A stretch of DNA of 49,902 nucleotides from the IMG/VR virus record IMGVR_UViG_3300022217_000113, positions 1 through 49,902 of that record; one strand, written 5' to 3'. The notes under the pieces were generated by a model. It saw only the letters and a program-made list of their open reading frames with translations, was not told the DNA's origin and ran no database searches. This document shows positions 28,261-37,911 of this stretch, piece by piece. Positions within the stretch are counted from its first letter, which is position 1. Each line of letters starts with the position of its first letter. Both the position numbers and the translations under genes were made by a program. This DNA is from a virus. Its lineage: Duplodnaviria > Caudoviricetes.

Positions 28261-28691
28261 AAGTTTTTAAGAACTACATAGGCCTTGTGATATTTCGCCA
28301 ACCTGGCGATATCGGCATCGGTAAGGATCGGCAGCCTGGCGACGTTCATATTGTCTTCCAGGTCGGCAAGCTTTACCGCTACCGCAATCGGATCGCTGGC
28401 AATCTTCGCGATATATTCGTTGTAATTGTAGCCCGGCTTTTTGGTCAACAAATCAATAACGTGGAGGATCCTGTCAGGGATGCCGGCATTTCTTAATCTG
28501 TCCATATCCCATTCGGTATCTTCTACAACATCGTGCAAGACAGCTGCCGCCATTTCGTCAACGCCCTTCATCTTCATCATCACCCTCATCGGATGCAAGA
28601 TATACGGCTTGCCGCCCTTGTCCACATGGCCGGCATGCGCAGCAGCCGCGATGTTGATTGCAATGTTCAATAAATTGTAGGCGTTGTTCAT
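28257..28691 (-). CDS. HD-domain small alarmone hydrolase (SAH / Mesh1-like)
   Basis: AH.G..DKGG.PYI.HP..V...AA.LHDVVEDT...VKLADLEDN motifs. Confidence 0.85.
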   Translation of the reverse strand: MNNAYNLLNIAINIAAAAHAGHVDKGGKPYILHPMRVMMKMKGVDEMAAAVLHDVVEDTEWDMDRLRNAGIPDRILHVIDLLTKKPGYNYNEYIAKIASDPIAVAVKLADLEDNMNVARLPILTDADIARLAKYHKAYVVLKNL

Positions 28692-28714
28692 TGGAACTCC
28701 CTCTATCAGTAGGT

Positions 28715-28743
28715 AGGATATAGCTATATTAGATATCAGTCAA
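28715..28743 (-). promoter_or_regulatory. sigma70-type promoter with palindromic ATATAGCTATAT box
   Basis: TTGACT-17-TATCCT on the minus strand, directly upstream of the SAH gene. Confidence 0.65.
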
Positions 28744-29189
28744 GCTTGTTTGCTGGTTGATATCATGGCTTCGATTTTAAGAATCAGGCCATCATTTTCC
28801 TCATCGTCTGCTCCAACAGAATCGTAGCCTTCGCGAGCCTTGAGAATATCAATCCACTCTTGCAGGGTCTCTACTGGTACTGAGCCATTGGTCCTGGTTT
28901 TCCATGCTGCGACAGCCTCGGCCAGCGTAGGCTTCCAGCCGCCAGTCGCACCGCAACCGCCTTCGTATGTCGAGCAAACTACAGCATAGAAAGGGTGATC
29001 GTATGCCGTATTGTCCGGGCTTCCGGAGTCTTGAGTCACGGCCTTTACCTGGCCACAAAACGGGCAGGCGGGTAGCTTATCCATTATCTTTTCCCTTGCT
29101 TTCTTTTCCCTTTGTTTGCAGTCGCACTCCAGTTCCGGGAAGCCGCAAGTCCCACACGAAAATCCATAATGTTCTGGTTCTTTACCCAT
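28740..29189 (-). CDS. Lar-like (restriction alleviation family) zinc-ribbon protein
   Basis: LPACPFCG...V.C....CGA.G......EA..AW..R; true start may be internal (MDKLP). Confidence 0.6.
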   Translation of the reverse strand: MGKEPEHYGFSCGTCGFPELECDCKQREKKAREKIMDKLPACPFCGQVKAVTQDSGSPDNTAYDHPFYAVVCSTYEGGCGATGGWKPTLAEAVAAWKTRTNGSVPVETLQEWIDILKAREGYDSVGADDEENDGLILKIEAMISTSKQA

Positions 29190-29342
29190 TATCTTTTCCT
29201 TCTCCTTTAGCTATCATGGCTGTATGGTCAATTTTTAATATATGACAAAATTTGCATTGTTCTGGCTTGTCTGCATTTTTCCCATATAACTTCATCCATT
29301 CATGCTTTCCAGACATTGAGTTTTTGCATTCAGGCTTATCCA

Positions 29343-29945
29343 TCATTCCTTCCCCTCTGTGTCATCCGCAATCATAAGGGCTTTGTACGCAATGACAGAT
29401 GATTCTGGTCTGTTGCCTCGATAATCTTTGTTGGCGATTTCCCTCAAAGCCTCCCTATACCCCTCTACCTGCTTTTGTAGCTTGGTGTTAGCTTTACCTG
29501 ATTTCTGCCAGTTATTCATTACATGCTGGTAATCAGACCAGAGACAGAAACCTTCTTTTTCAAGCTCGCCACGGATTGATTTTAATTCTTCCTCCAGCCG
29601 TTCCTTCTCACCCTCAAGGGCTTTAACCCTAAGGGTTTCAGCATTGTACAGTCCAAGATAATCGGCTCCGTCACTGGCTGCTTTTTTTAATCTACCCTCA
29701 AGGGCTGTGATTTTGAGCTGTAAAGTCTCCTGATCGGTGAGTTTACGTTGCAGCGCATCCGAGGTTGGATTCAGTCTGCGCCATTCGGCTAACTGCTGCT
29801 CCAGTTCGACTATCTTTGTTTCAAGGGACTCAGATAAAAGTATCGCATCGTCAAATTGAACGGCAACAACAGTGTCTCCGAATACTTTTGTGTCGGCCCT
29901 GAATCTTGGTGCATTTCCTTCTAGGACTAATGTATATCTACTCAT
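29343..29945 (-). CDS. coiled-coil hypothetical protein
   Basis: 200-aa ORF with GAGG SD and heptad pattern. Confidence 0.55.
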   Translation of the reverse strand: MSRYTLVLEGNAPRFRADTKVFGDTVVAVQFDDAILLSESLETKIVELEQQLAEWRRLNPTSDALQRKLTDQETLQLKITALEGRLKKAASDGADYLGLYNAETLRVKALEGEKERLEEELKSIRGELEKEGFCLWSDYQHVMNNWQKSGKANTKLQKQVEGYREALREIANKDYRGNRPESSVIAYKALMIADDTEGKE

Positions 29946-29946
29946 A

Positions 29947-30180
29947 TCACCTCTCCTCTTTATAGGCGGTAAGGGCTTTCCAGATAATGATGTTTATATC
30001 CTTGTGGCTCATGTATAGACCTTGCCCAACTCTCGGAGCTGTGCCTTCTTTCACTTTCTCCAAAGCCTCCACAAGTCCCTCTATCTTCTTTTCTTGGGAG
30101 AGATATGCTTGGGCTACGATAGTTTTCCTGTCCTCAAAGTCTAGCGTCACCCACATTTCTGCTATATCTTTAGCGTTCAT
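29947..30180 (-). CDS. hypothetical protein
   Basis: Co-directional small ORF within the operon. Confidence 0.5.
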   Translation of the reverse strand: MNAKDIAEMWVTLDFEDRKTIVAQAYLSQEKKIEGLVEALEKVKEGTAPRVGQGLYMSHKDINIIIWKALTAYKEER

Positions 30181-30232
30181 CTAAACCCCCAGCCCTAAGG
30201 CTTGTCTGCATTTAAGTATGTTAGGTGGATTT

Positions 30233-30511
30233 TCATGCTTCCGTCTCCTGGAGGCTCGTCAGCTCCAACCATTTCAACAATTTCATCGGCGTATCGATCA
30301 AGCTTGGAAGCCTACCTTTAATGTAGTATTGAAAATCTCTTACCTCTTCCGGATGAAAGAACCCGGTATCGTACTTCGGCTTTGTTTTGCTGCCGTAAGG
30401 GGTAAGCCAGCCAAACCTTATTGCCTCTGTTATTTCATAGCGGGCAAAGCCGAGATCAACCAGGTACTGCCAGCTGATCCAGCCTTCCATCAGCATATTT
30501 CTATCCCGCAT
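30233..30511 (-). CDS. hypothetical protein
   Basis: Overlaps the upstream gene end; operon context. Confidence 0.5.
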   Translation of the reverse strand: MRDRNMLMEGWISWQYLVDLGFARYEITEAIRFGWLTPYGSKTKPKYDTGFFHPEEVRDFQYYIKGRLPSLIDTPMKLLKWLELTSLQETEA

Positions 30512-31001
30512 CTTTCATCAGCGCTTCCATGTATAAATCCTCTGGCTGCGGCAGAACGATTCCTTTGTTCGCGCTTTCCTGGTCAACGGTATTCAGATAT
30601 TGAGCGAACTGTTTGACCGTCATCAGGCGAGTGACCGGCACATACTCCATGGCCATCAGGCGCTGCTCATAGCTCAGGTGCCCGAGCGCGGTCTGATAAA
30701 AATGATTGAACGCCGCGTCTTCTCGCAACAACGGAATACCGTAGGTCAGCTTATGATAATGCCGCTCGTACTCGATGCCGTGCCCGGTGGTCTCGCCAAG
30801 TATCCGGTACCACAAAAAAGAAAGTCGATTCTGTTTCGAGCTACGGCTTTCCTTTGGCTTCTGGTTTTCGTCGCCGAGCCATATCATGGCTGAATATACC
30901 TTTCCTTTTGTGAGATCGATCTTTTTGACCGCCCTCATAAACCGATCTTTTTCTGCTTCGGTACTCAGAGGGTATATTTTTTCTGTTTTATTTTTTGCCA
31001 T
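30501..31001 (-). CDS. NinB/YbcN-like recombination accessory protein
   Basis: RS..QN.L...WY; T..MT..QF..YL..V......G..LP motif; likely start ATG 31001 (MAKNK). Confidence 0.6.
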   Translation of the reverse strand: MAKNKTEKIYPLSTEAEKDRFMRAVKKIDLTKGKVYSAMIWLGDENQKPKESRSSKQNRLSFLWYRILGETTGHGIEYERHYHKLTYGIPLLREDAAFNHFYQTALGHLSYEQRLMAMEYVPVTRLMTVKQFAQYLNTVDQESANKGIVLPQPEDLYMEALMKDAG

Positions 31002-31167
31002 CGGGATTCCTGATCTTGAGCTCGCGGATTTCCTCGCGGTCGACGGCCACGTTTGGCGGTGCCGAGATACCGATGCGGGCACTCCTGCCGTCAATATCCT
31101 TGAGCGTGATCACGATATCGTCGCCGATCAGTATCGATTCATCTATTTTCCTTGTGAGTATCAGCAA
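30988..31167 (-). CDS. csrA: carbon storage regulator CsrA/RsmA homolog
   Basis: TTG start after AAGGAG; MLILTRK..ESI.IGDDI.I......RIGI.AP..V.V.REEI matches CsrA, including the RNA-binding Arg of the REEI motif. Confidence 0.88.
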   Translation of the reverse strand: MLILTRKIDESILIGDDIVITLKDIDGRSARIGISAPPNVAVDREEIRELKIRNPDGKK

Positions 31168-31168
31168 G

Positions 31169-32251
31169 TTATTCTCCTTGTGTGCTGGCAATAATGAATT
31201 GGTTGATCTCGATCACGTCCTCATGCGTACCGGCGAGAAGCTTGACCAGATCGGGATCGGTTACCTCCGGTACCGGTACGCTGACCAAGGCCAGGCCGTA
31301 TTCACGAACCTTCTGGTCTTCCGGCTTCCGTTTCTCCAGCTCTTCTTCGCGGAGACGCTTTGCCTCAGCCTCGTCGGCCAGTTTCTTTTCAGCCGCCTGG
31401 CGGGCCTCTGCCTCGCGCTGCAGGCGGTCGGCTTCTTCCCTGGCCTCGCGTTCAGCTTTTTCCTTTTCGTCGCGCTCAGCCTGCTCACGGGCCTCCTGCT
31501 CGGCTTTCTGGCGGTCTATATCAGCCTGCTGGTCGTCAATCTTCTTCTGCGCGGCAGCTATCTTCTCCTGGTCTTCGCGTAGTTTTTCCTGAGCAGCCTC
31601 AAATTCCTTACGTTCATTGTAGGCTTTGGTCAGGTCATCGAGCACCGTGAGCTTGGCCAGCTTGGCGCCGTCCATGAATAGGCCAAACCCGTCCTCGTCT
31701 ATGACAATGCTGTTGACGTGCTCGATTCTCAGCCGCAGGGTTTCGGCGCTGGCGCCTACCAGATCCGAGGTCAAGCGCTTGATATCGGCAATCTTTCTCT
31801 CGATTTCAGCCATATCATCAATTTCGCGCTGCCTGGCTTCTTCTGCCTCCCGGGCTTCCTTCTCGTCCAGGGCGACCTTAATCTTGCGCCATGGCTCTTC
31901 CAGAGCCGCTATAGCGGCCGTAATGCGCTTGGCCTCACCGTCGACCTTCTTTCCCCATTCGATGGCGTCAGCCTTCAGCTCCTTGCGTTTGGCTTCAACG
32001 CTGGTGCGTACCTTGGTAATGGCCATCGTCTTGTCGTGGATGATCTGGTAGCCGTCATCGCCCTTTTCTTCGGCTTTCGGGATCAGCGCCGGGTCATAGT
32101 CCTTGGCCAGCTCGGCCAGTTTGGCATCGGTCATGCTGTACTGGACCGGCAGAAACTCGGGATCGGTCGGCGCCAGCTCTTTTGATTCCACCTTTTTGGC
32201 GGTGCCGGCAGTCTTCTTCGCTGTTTTCTTTGCTTTTTTCTTGGTAGCCAC
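31169..32251 (-). CDS. coiled-coil protein of the recombination module (DUF1351-like)
   Basis: RT.VE.KRKELK......GK.VD.EAKRI.......E.P motif followed by long E/A/R/K coils. Confidence 0.55.
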   Translation of the reverse strand: MATKKKAKKTAKKTAGTAKKVESKELAPTDPEFLPVQYSMTDAKLAELAKDYDPALIPKAEEKGDDGYQIIHDKTMAITKVRTSVEAKRKELKADAIEWGKKVDGEAKRITAAIAALEEPWRKIKVALDEKEAREAEEARQREIDDMAEIERKIADIKRLTSDLVGASAETLRLRIEHVNSIVIDEDGFGLFMDGAKLAKLTVLDDLTKAYNERKEFEAAQEKLREDQEKIAAAQKKIDDQQADIDRQKAEQEAREQAERDEKEKAEREAREEADRLQREAEARQAAEKKLADEAEAKRLREEELEKRKPEDQKVREYGLALVSVPVPEVTDPDLVKLLAGTHEDVIEINQFIIASTQGE

Positions 32252-32259
32252 GAGGCCTC

Positions 32260-32877
32260 CTATGATTTTACAAGTTTCAAAATGTTGTTACGTTCGGCCA
32301 GGCACGCGATCAGCTGGGCCTTCAGCACGGCCTGGAATTCAGGTATCGGGTAATGCCGGTGAACAATCGGCTCGAACTGCGGATGATAGAAAACGATATC
32401 GCACCATTTCCGCTCGGTGATAAACAGTTCGCCCTGAATCTGGGGAATGTATACCGGTGGCGTTTTGTTGGTTTTCTTTACCTTGACCAGCAATTCCATA
32501 AAGCGTCTGGCGATCAGGTTCTTGAATTCTACAATGCCGTCATTGCCGACCAGACCATCGGTACTGGTTCCCCATCGCAGCAGATCATCGGTAATAAATC
32601 CAACGTGCTGGATCTTGACCTGGTGAGTCATTTCATAATCGGCTGCCGATACCGGCTCAAGCTCTTTGCCGCGCTCGGTATATTTGTTGCCGGCAAAGCC
32701 GTCATCCAGCGGGCCGCCGATATAGGCCTCGGTGGCCAGCTCCAGGGCATAAGCAGCCATGCCGTCTGAAGGCTTGCCGGTACCGGTTACCAACGAGCCA
32801 AAGCGCGAACTCGTCGGCTTACTGGCACGCAACAGTTTCCATTCAGGTGTGCCCTGCTCGCAGTCGTGGATAATCAC
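32260..32877 (-). CDS. YqaJ / lambda-exonuclease family 5'-3' exonuclease
   Basis: QGT.EW..LR....T.S; RG.ELEP; S.DGLV....VEFK; Y..QIQG.L..T.R.WCD. Confidence 0.85.
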   Translation of the reverse strand: MIIHDCEQGTPEWKLLRASKPTSSRFGSLVTGTGKPSDGMAAYALELATEAYIGGPLDDGFAGNKYTERGKELEPVSAADYEMTHQVKIQHVGFITDDLLRWGTSTDGLVGNDGIVEFKNLIARRFMELLVKVKKTNKTPPVYIPQIQGELFITERKWCDIVFYHPQFEPIVHRHYPIPEFQAVLKAQLIACLAERNNILKLVKS

Positions 32878-33680
32878 TTGGCCTTCTTCGCCTTGATTGC
32901 GGCATTAACTTTTGACAGTACCTGCTTGAATCTAGGCTCAGGAATATCAGCAATCTCGGAGACGCCGATATTTTTCTGCAACCAGTTCTTGAAGATATCG
33001 ATATCGAGCTCGTTCTCGGTAAGCATGGAGTGAATTTTCAGCCCCTGCTCTTCGGTGATAACCGGTGCCGGTTCTGTCTTCGCGCTGGCGCCGTTCCCGT
33101 CATCGTCGATATTGCCCTCGACTGAAGCCACGCCGGTTACTGCCTCGAAAGTTTCCAGCTTCAAATAGGTGCGCGTTGACTTGCGAGCCTGGAGCGGGTT
33201 TTTCGTGCCGGAAGTATCCGGCGCTCCTGACAGGGTTACCTTTTCTTCATGCCCGAGCTTGTGTGACAAAATGCAGGTACAGAGAATCGTGTTCGGGTCT
33301 TTCGGCTCCGGAAAGTCCCAGCGTGCGTTCAGACCGTAATCGCCAAGCGCTTCATTGACGGTATTTACCAGATTGCCAATAGACACATAGCTGGAGCCGT
33401 ACTGTTTATTGAGCTTGTCTTTGACTACCTGCGGCGGGTTTCTTTTGAATTCGGCGAGCGCCAGGTGAAAAGCTTTTCTGGCTTCATTGGACTCGTATTC
33501 TTTTTGTAGCTCCAGCATCTGCTTCATATCGTCAACAGATAGACCGGCCTCTTTTGCCTGGCGCATTACTTCCAGTGGTGAGGGCGCAGCTACCTGGATG
33601 GCGTGGTTATCGGCTGGTGCTACCGTTGATATGGCCTTTTCAGTCTTGGCTTCCATTTTTAACTCCTTTGTTTGTTGCAT
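32874..33680 (-). CDS. erf: ERF-family single-strand annealing protein
   Basis: A..AF..AL..F.....V.K...N....Y; D.SG.KN..Q...S..TY; DDDGN; adjacent to YqaJ (start may be MEAKT). Confidence 0.75.
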   Translation of the reverse strand: MQQTKELKMEAKTEKAISTVAPADNHAIQVAAPSPLEVMRQAKEAGLSVDDMKQMLELQKEYESNEARKAFHLALAEFKRNPPQVVKDKLNKQYGSSYVSIGNLVNTVNEALGDYGLNARWDFPEPKDPNTILCTCILSHKLGHEEKVTLSGAPDTSGTKNPLQARKSTRTYLKLETFEAVTGVASVEGNIDDDGNGASAKTEPAPVITEEQGLKIHSMLTENELDIDIFKNWLQKNIGVSEIADIPEPRFKQVLSKVNAAIKAKKAK

Positions 33681-33855
33681 GTTCTTCGATTAGCTGGGCA
33701 AAATTGACCAGCTTCTCGCCATAAATAGTAAGCCCTGGCTCCCTGCGATAACCAAGGTATCCGTTTTCGAGCTTCGTCATTCTGAGACGGTTAAGCATGC
33801 CCATTTCAAGGCCAGCTTTTTCAGCGATTTTGATTATGGTTTCTTCGTCCAGCAT
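33640..33855 (-). CDS. hypothetical protein
   Basis: Small co-directional ORF. Confidence 0.45.
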   Translation of the reverse strand: MLDEETIIKIAEKAGLEMGMLNRLRMTKLENGYLGYRREPGLTIYGEKLVNFAQLIEEHATNKGVKNGSQD

Positions 33856-33909
33856 ATTTTTCTCACAAAATTAGGATAGAAAAATGCACCGCCGTAGCGG
33901 TGCTGTTGG

Positions 33910-34251
33910 TTAGGCCGCGATTCTGCCGGCAGATCTGGCCGCGTCCGCGTACTCGCCAAGGGCCATCTTTGCCTTGAAGCTTCTATCTCTTTCGATTGGC
34001 AGGCCAAAGGGCGGGAATCTGACGGACTTGAGCTCATCGTAACTAACGTATCCCAGCTCTGGAGTACCGAACCCGAGATCACACAAGCCGAACATGATTC
34101 CGTCTTCGTCCATTTCAGAGATCAGCCAGGTGCAAGCGCTACCGCCAAAAAGCTTGACGACCGGCTTGTGGTCTATTCCTTCAGGGGATTCGTTAGATGC
34201 TTTTGAGTTGGCCAAGAGCTTGGCCTCATCGGATTTAAGTAAAAGTTTCAT
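33910..34251 (-). CDS. DUF2958 family protein
   Basis: PVVKLF....TWL.SE.D....FGLCDLG.G.PELGYVS..EL...GL.IERD..F; ATG 34251 after AACCAGGAGGTG. Confidence 0.8.
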   Translation of the reverse strand: MKLLLKSDEAKLLANSKASNESPEGIDHKPVVKLFGGSACTWLISEMDEDGIMFGLCDLGFGTPELGYVSYDELKSVRFPPFGLPIERDRSFKAKMALGEYADAARSAGRIAA

Positions 34252-34293
34252 TCTGAACACCTCCTGGTTAGATTGTCTTCCTACTGCATGTGC

Positions 34294-34323
34294 AGTATAT
34301 AGCTATAGATTATCTAAATGCAA
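34294..34323 (-). promoter_or_regulatory. sigma70-type promoter with TATAGCTATA box
   Basis: TTGCAT-18-TATACT on the minus strand. Confidence 0.6.
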
Positions 34324-34326
34324 TAA

Positions 34327-34461
34327 CTATTTTCCTTTCGTTTTCTTCTTTTTGCCGTGCTTGTTTTTTTCCTTGTTTTCCATGGCATAGTAAACTCGCT
34401 CGCCCTTCTCTGGACCATATTGTTCTTTGAGGGCGTTCATTTTGTCCTGGATGATAGGCAT
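34327..34461 (-). CDS. small basic phage protein (44 aa, not in ORF track)
   Basis: CAGGAG SD; MPIIQDKMNALKEQYGPEKGERVYYAMENK... Confidence 0.55.
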   Translation of the reverse strand: MPIIQDKMNALKEQYGPEKGERVYYAMENKEKNKHGKKKKTKGK

Positions 34462-34502
34462 GGCGACTTCTCCTGAAAATGACTGATTACCCATCCTACC
34501 AA

Positions 34503-34898
34503 CTAAAACAGATGCCTGGAAACATTAGGCTTCGATAACATTCGATAATGCTTATATGCTTTCCATAAGACGGTGGCCAGCAACCGCGGTGATAGCTTGG
34601 CGGCTTCGCACGATCTCAGTAACCGGTCATACAGTACGTCGACAGCCTGCTCGTCTCTGATCTGTTTTCTTTCCTTGTGCGATATACGCTCGACTGGCTT
34701 TCGGTAACCAGGCGAGGCGCATTTCGGTAAATTCTTATTGATATATCTGCGGACCTTTTTGGAAACATCGACCCTTTTTCGATTGTATCCAGCCTCGGCC
34801 AGTGCTTTCGTTATGTCGGCAGGCTCGGAGTAAAGATGCTCTTTCATTATACTCAGCTCTTTATCGCTCCATTGGCCGGTTAGATATTGCTTATTCAT
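34503..34898 (-). CDS. hypothetical basic protein (possible HTH-type N-terminus)
   Basis: WS..EL..M.......I..AL...G..R pattern. Confidence 0.5.
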   Translation of the reverse strand: MNKQYLTGQWSDKELSIMKEHLYSEPADITKALAEAGYNRKRVDVSKKVRRYINKNLPKCASPGYRKPVERISHKERKQIRDEQAVDVLYDRLLRSCEAAKLSPRLLATVLWKAYKHYRMLSKPNVSRHLF

Positions 34899-35175
34899 CG
34901 CCGCTATATGCTGGTCGCTCCAGCGCTTCCTTTAGGCTGGTAAATTTCTGGTGATTTCGATATGAGCCACCGATGATATCGGCGGTCTGCCACATTTCCC
35001 AGACAGAGCTGACGCTAGGATCGCCGCTGCCATGGCTGGCAACTGACCAGACTCGCCTGGTGACACCTGTCGCCTTGTCGTGCTTGGCGAATGTGTCACC
35101 ATTTTGCGTATTGGTAGTCCGGTTATATCCGAGCTCTTCGGCTAGCTGGCGATCATTCTTTGCTGCGTAGCTCAT
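34891..35175 (-). CDS. hypothetical protein
   Basis: ATGA coupling with the upstream small membrane ORF. Confidence 0.5.
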   Translation of the reverse strand: MSYAAKNDRQLAEELGYNRTTNTQNGDTFAKHDKATGVTRRVWSVASHGSGDPSVSSVWEMWQTADIIGGSYRNHQKFTSLKEALERPAYSGDE

Positions 35176-35303
35176 TCGCTGTCACCATCTTTCGATCCAT
35201 TTTTGACCATGGTGCCGAAGATAAACCCGACGAAAACACCGAGAAAAATCCAGACGAATAGAGCGATACCGATCAAGTCTGCTGTTGTTGCATTGTCAAA
35301 CAT
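35172..35303 (-). CDS. 43-aa single-TM protein (not in ORF track)
   Basis: CAGGAG SD; MFDNATTADLIGIALFVWIFLGVFVGFIFGTMVKNGSKDGDSE. Confidence 0.55.
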   Translation of the reverse strand: MFDNATTADLIGIALFVWIFLGVFVGFIFGTMVKNGSKDGDSE

Positions 35304-35509
35304 GGCTGGTCTCCTGTGCTAAATATTGGAATTGATCGTTGATAGTCATCCTTGAACCGTCAGGCCGGACAACAATATAAATTAAGTTGTACGGAGATCG
35401 GTTTTTTTCCTTGGCGGCCAGGCACGCTGCCAGGCAGTCAGCCGCATAGTAATACGGCTTTTCCGCCTTCGATGTGCAGAGAATTACGGTAAATGGAAAG
35501 CTTGCCTGA

Positions 35510-35920
35510 TTACACACTTTTAGGCTTTCCGTTTTCATCGTACAGGTCAGGGCTGGCGCCGCGAACATGGAACCCGAACATGGATCCAGCTAACATTGCC
35601 TCGCGCTGTGCCGGCGTTACATTCAAGTCCTGATTGAATTTCTCAACAGAGAATATTCCCTGATCGATTTCGCTATAACCTTCAAACCCGCGCTGGATAA
35701 GAATTGGGCGCTTGTCATCTGGATGATAGGCAGCACAAACCGACGGCAGTTTAGAAAAGTTTATCGCCCTGGCTGTATCGGGATCCGGCTTGATGGCGCT
35801 TTGATCAACACACACCATCCCTCTGGCAAGTTTTACTTCGTACATATTTTCGGAATAATGTCGGACAATCATGCCCGGGTAGCCGTTACAAATTACTCTG
35901 TCTTTTTCTTGATATTGCAT
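35510..35920 (-). CDS. early hypothetical protein with AQREAMLAGSMFG motif
   Basis: AACCAGGAGGTG leader; C-terminal N..L.VT.AQ.EAM.AGSMFG...GA.P motif recalled from mobile-element proteins. Confidence 0.6.
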   Translation of the reverse strand: MQYQEKDRVICNGYPGMIVRHYSENMYEVKLARGMVCVDQSAIKPDPDTARAINFSKLPSVCAAYHPDDKRPILIQRGFEGYSEIDQGIFSVEKFNQDLNVTPAQREAMLAGSMFGFHVRGASPDLYDENGKPKSV

Positions 35921-35986
35921 GGAACACCTCCTGGTTATTTAACTGATCTTGTTTGCTGAGTGGCCATCCTTGGCCCATGGTCCTAA

Positions 35987-36568
35987 TTAATGGCCCCAGC
36001 CTGGGCTGGTCTCATAAAGCTCGCGACCGTCCCATGGGTGAGCGCTTGAATAGCTGGTCAGGGTAATGCTGTTGCCCTCGCGCACTCTCTTGAGCATTGG
36101 CTCGCTATCCTCACTAAACCTGCCGCTTGCCGCTACCACATAATCGGCGCCGCTGTCTCCCCTGTGCTGTATCGCGCTATTGATTTTCTGGATCTTGACA
36201 GACTTTTTACCGACCACCTCTACCACTTCATAAAAATCGATATTGGTCTGATCGTATCCCCAGCTAGAATAAAGAACGTCGCCCTTCTTCAAGGTATGCT
36301 CAAAACCCTTTACTTTCGCCTGGCGCTCAGCCTTCTCGGCCGCTCGTCTGGCCAGCTTGGCAAAATATTTCTCGACAAACTCGGCCCTAGATTCCTCAGA
36401 ACGAAAGCGAACATAGAAGTCATACTTAGATCGCCTGCCGGCGAATCCCATCGCCACCGGTCCGTTATCGTTATCTATCAAATAAACCTCGGCTTTGACG
36501 CCTTCTTTGGTTACCTTGTCGGCATAGTCCTTTGGAACATAAAAACTTCGATCAAATGTTCGTCTCAC
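35987..36568 (-). CDS. early conserved protein with SWGYDQTN.DFY motif
   Basis: Own promoter and AACCAGGAGGTG leader; motif recalled from phage/plasmid early genes. Confidence 0.65.
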   Translation of the reverse strand: MRRTFDRSFYVPKDYADKVTKEGVKAEVYLIDNDNGPVAMGFAGRRSKYDFYVRFRSEESRAEFVEKYFAKLARRAAEKAERQAKVKGFEHTLKKGDVLYSSWGYDQTNIDFYEVVEVVGKKSVKIQKINSAIQHRGDSGADYVVAASGRFSEDSEPMLKRVREGNSITLTSYSSAHPWDGRELYETSPGWGH

Positions 36569-36598
36569 TGTTTCACCTCCTGGTTAACTCATAAGCAG

Positions 36599-36627
36599 AT
36601 AATATAGCTATGCACTACGCAGGTCAA
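36599..36627 (-). promoter_or_regulatory. sigma70-type promoter with ATAGCTAT box
   Basis: TTGACC-17-TATTAT on the minus strand. Confidence 0.75.
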
Positions 36628-36631
36628 GCAT

Positions 36632-36907
36632 TTAATAATCGCCGCCCCAACTCTCCCCTGCCGCTGATGCGTCGAACCAGGCTGGTGGCACTGGTCCAGG
36701 ATCGCTTTCTACTGGTCGGATCCCGGAGCTAACATTCGCGTCCGGGTATTTCTCCAGAGCGGCTTTGACGCTGCCAAAAGATTCCAGATAAGTTTTCTTC
36801 TGCATCCCGCGATTAACGCTGTATTTCGGATACCGGCCAAACCCGTAAACAACGAATTCGCCAGCTTTATACTTTGATGGCTCAACTGCCAGATAGTCAT
36901 ATTTCAT
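36632..36907 (-). CDS. early hypothetical protein
   Basis: C-terminal PP.WFD...AGE.W..DY motif; leader has a GCCCC-UUCG-GGGGC hairpin. Confidence 0.55.
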   Translation of the reverse strand: MKYDYLAVEPSKYKAGEFVVYGFGRYPKYSVNRGMQKKTYLESFGSVKAALEKYPDANVSSGIRPVESDPGPVPPAWFDASAAGESWGGDY

Positions 36908-36942
36908 GTTGCCCCCACTGTGCCCCCGAAGGGGCGGCTGGA

Positions 36943-37215
36943 TTAATAAGGGATATCTTCTTCAAAATGAGGATCCGCAGGACCGGTATCTTCGTCTTCA
37001 TCGTCTTCAGGATGAGGAACTGCAGGACCGGTATAATACGGATTGGCGACCCATACCATATCGTAAGGCGTGGCCAGCCATGCGCGATCAGGATAATCCG
37101 CGCCCTCTCGAAATCTAATATCGTGCAAGGTATCCAGATAAATTTCGTGATCTGATTTATGCTCGGCAGCTAAATCTGCCTGATGTTCTTCGTACTGTTC
37201 GTATGAATAAAACAT
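36943..37215 (-). CDS. acidic early protein (W...PYD..W..NPYY.GP.VPHPE motif)
   Basis: AACCAGGAGGTG leader; strongly acidic. Confidence 0.6.
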   Translation of the reverse strand: MFYSYEQYEEHQADLAAEHKSDHEIYLDTLHDIRFREGADYPDRAWLATPYDMVWVANPYYTGPAVPHPEDDEDEDTGPADPHFEEDIPY

Positions 37216-37227
37216 TGCACCTCCTGG

Positions 37228-37911
37228 TTACTTTATTTTTACTGCTGCCTCGAAGAGCTTGGTTATTTCCGCATACTTGGTCACATAGGCCTCGCTGTCT
37301 TTTTTGCCATATTTCTTAGCGATAATCTCTGCCGTTAAATCTCGGCCCCTGCCATAAGGTATGTTTCCTTTGCGGAGATCGCCGGCAACGTCTCCCCTGA
37401 ATCCGTGGCGGCCATCGTCCAGCTCGTCCGCTATTGGGCCCAAAATGGCAACCAGTCTTTCGGTTTTCTCTCGCTCATTTTTCAGGGCCAGCTCGGCATT
37501 GGTCAGGCCACCGTTAACCGCTCTCTGCTCTTCCAGGATTCGCTCGACTTCGGCTTCCCTGGCTTTTCTTTCCAGAGCTCGTTTAGCTTCTCGCTTGTCG
37601 CGCTCGATCTGAAGCCTGGCCTCCCTGGCCGCGTCCATCAGTCCTCGATCATCCGTCTTCGCTACGCACTCAGATCCGACGACAAACATTCTGTCGTCTG
37701 CTGACCTGACCAGGTAGTTGTGGGTTAACGGCATGCCGCAATAAGCACAAGAGCCGTGACGACAGCCCGGAGTCAATGCCTTCATGGCATTGTTATAAGC
37801 ATCCGGGTTCGCCTCCAGCAATGCCGGTGACGGTAAAGACTCCACTCGAAGAAACTTGAACGGAGCCTTTCCTAACCCGCTCTTTTCAAATATGTGTATT
37901 TTTTCCATCAT
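37228..37911 (-). CDS. early protein with CxxC...GSEC zinc-binding motif
   Basis: ATGA overlap at 37908-37911; FE..GLG.APF...C.YCG......F.VGS.CV. Confidence 0.6.
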   Translation of the reverse strand: MMEKIHIFEKSGLGKAPFKFLRVESLPSPALLEANPDAYNNAMKALTPGCRHGSCAYCGMPLTHNYLVRSADDRMFVVGSECVAKTDDRGLMDAAREARLQIERDKREAKRALERKAREAEVERILEEQRAVNGGLTNAELALKNEREKTERLVAILGPIADELDDGRHGFRGDVAGDLRKGNIPYGRGRDLTAEIIAKKYGKKDSEAYVTKYAEITKLFEAAVKIK

